Assembly: GCF_001447785.1 (NCBI RefSeq)
Contig: NW_015160843.1
Coordinates: forward strand, 1,203,409-1,267,408
Reading direction: 5' to 3'
Origin: Gekko japonicus
Taxonomy: Eukaryota
DNA length: 64,000 nucleotides
The stretch's first letter is position 1, and each line of letters begins with the position of its first letter. Under the pieces are notes generated by a model. The model did no database searches and had not been told where the DNA came from. It was given only the letters and a program-made list of their open reading frames with translations. A program made the translations under genes and the position numbers. This document shows, in pieces, positions 62,704 to 64,000 of this stretch.

Positions 62704-64000
62704 TGTCAGGGTCTTTAGGCAGGTCACACCACACAGGGCTTCAGAAGAAGATAACTGCTTTATTAGTAATTTTTTCAGTGATACTAAAGAACACATATAC
62801 ATCTTGTGTCAGGAATAGCCTTCATTATAAGGGTCTCTGACTTATAGTGAAATCAGTGAGCCAGCACAGGCTTGGAGGTGAAGAGAGCTTTGAGATGGTC
62901 AAATGCCTCTTGGCAGTCATTAGTCCAGTTCAGCTTAGCCCCAGGACAAGTGCAATCCGGACCCTTCCCCTTGGTCCTCCATAAATCTGTGAGCAGTAAA
63001 CTCACCTGAGCAAAGTACGTGAGAAAGGACTGGTAGAAATTCACGAACCCAAGGAATGCTTGGAGTTGCCTCCGGGTTCGAGGGGGTCCCACCCCACCAC
63101 ATCCCGAACTTTGGCCAGATCCATTTCCAAACCCCTGGGGGAAATGTGGTATCCCAGGAAATCAATCTCAGAGCAATGAAACTCACACTAGCTGGACAGG
63201 GAAGAGCTGGGAACAAAGAGGAGAATACCCTCTCCACATTCCAGATCCATGACAGGGCTACCTGACATCCTGCCCCTCCCAATGACCCCTCCCAGGTTTA
63301 TCCGGAAAGTGCCAGTGGAAGCGTTTGAGAAGGCGGGAGGCGGAAACATGCTCTTCTGCCACCCAGTCTCTGTGTTGTGGCCCAAAGCCCACCCATTCAA
63401 TCAAATAAAATAGTTTATTCCGCATCAGCTTAGAGTTCAAAATATCGACAACTTCATGATGCAGTTCACCTTGCACGAGCAGGGGAAAGGGCCAGGGTTG
63501 TTGTGGTCGCCACACATCTGGCCCAGGATCATGGTGGAGAAGGCTGAAATGGAAAACTGAATGCAAATGTCTCAGGTTTTTAGGCAATTCAAGTTCCACA
63601 GACCTTGATCTTATGTTTAACCTTAAATGGCCCCGAGAGCATTCAAACCCCTGTAGTCCGTACACAACCTCAGCCCACCATCTTTTTTCTTCCGGAACAA
63701 GACTGGAGCTGCAAAAGGGGATGACGCAAGTCAGATGAAACCATGCGCCAAGTTTTTATCAATGAATTTGCACAATTCCTCCTTTTCCCCTGGACTCATT
63801 GCATAGAGTGTACCTTTTGGCAACTTCTTGTCAGGAATTAATTTGATCGCACAATCAGAGTGTCTGTAAGGTGGCAATTCGTCCACCTCCTCCTCTTTAA
63901 GCACCCATGCTAGGTCGCGGTACTCTGGAGGAATAGAGTTCACCTCCTCCTTAGCCAGGCAAGTAGTGGATGAATGATAGGCATTGTTATAGCAAAGTTC
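62704..64000 (-). mobile_element. second chromovirus copy (related family), deleted and rearranged, running off the window
   Basis: Minus strand reads RT N-terminus (IPPEYRDLA..EEEVDELPP), then a deletion, then IN C-terminus and chromodomain (63258..63665), PPT, and an LTR 63267-62704 that contains an RT segment. Confidence 0.9.

Overview
This is vertebrate nuclear DNA, most likely from a squamate reptile and probably a gecko (Sauria SINE, Squam3-like SINE, BovB, and CR1 with (TTCTTATG)n tails). It comes from a draft assembly with two N gaps. I could not support any host protein-coding exon, so the window looks intergenic or intronic. Much of it is decayed transposable elements. The largest is a full-length Tf1/sushi-type chromovirus LTR retrotransposon (35350-41528; two LTRs, CCATC TSD, gag-PR-RT-RH-IN-chromodomain, with a solo LTR nested in it). 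Also present: a rearranged relative at the right edge, a tRNA-Ser-primed Gypsy with three-level nesting, an Ngaro/DIRS-type fragment, BovB, CR1, L2 and Penelope LINE fragments, tRNA- and 5S-derived SINEs, and many hAT- and Harbinger-like MITEs. The strongest mechanistic signals are in the chromovirus: an 11-nt self-priming PBS, whose partner 11-mer is conserved in the second family member, and a PEG10-like -1 frameshift cassette. I do not see a convincing wholly new biological system. All family names come from recognising motifs by eye, not from database searches.
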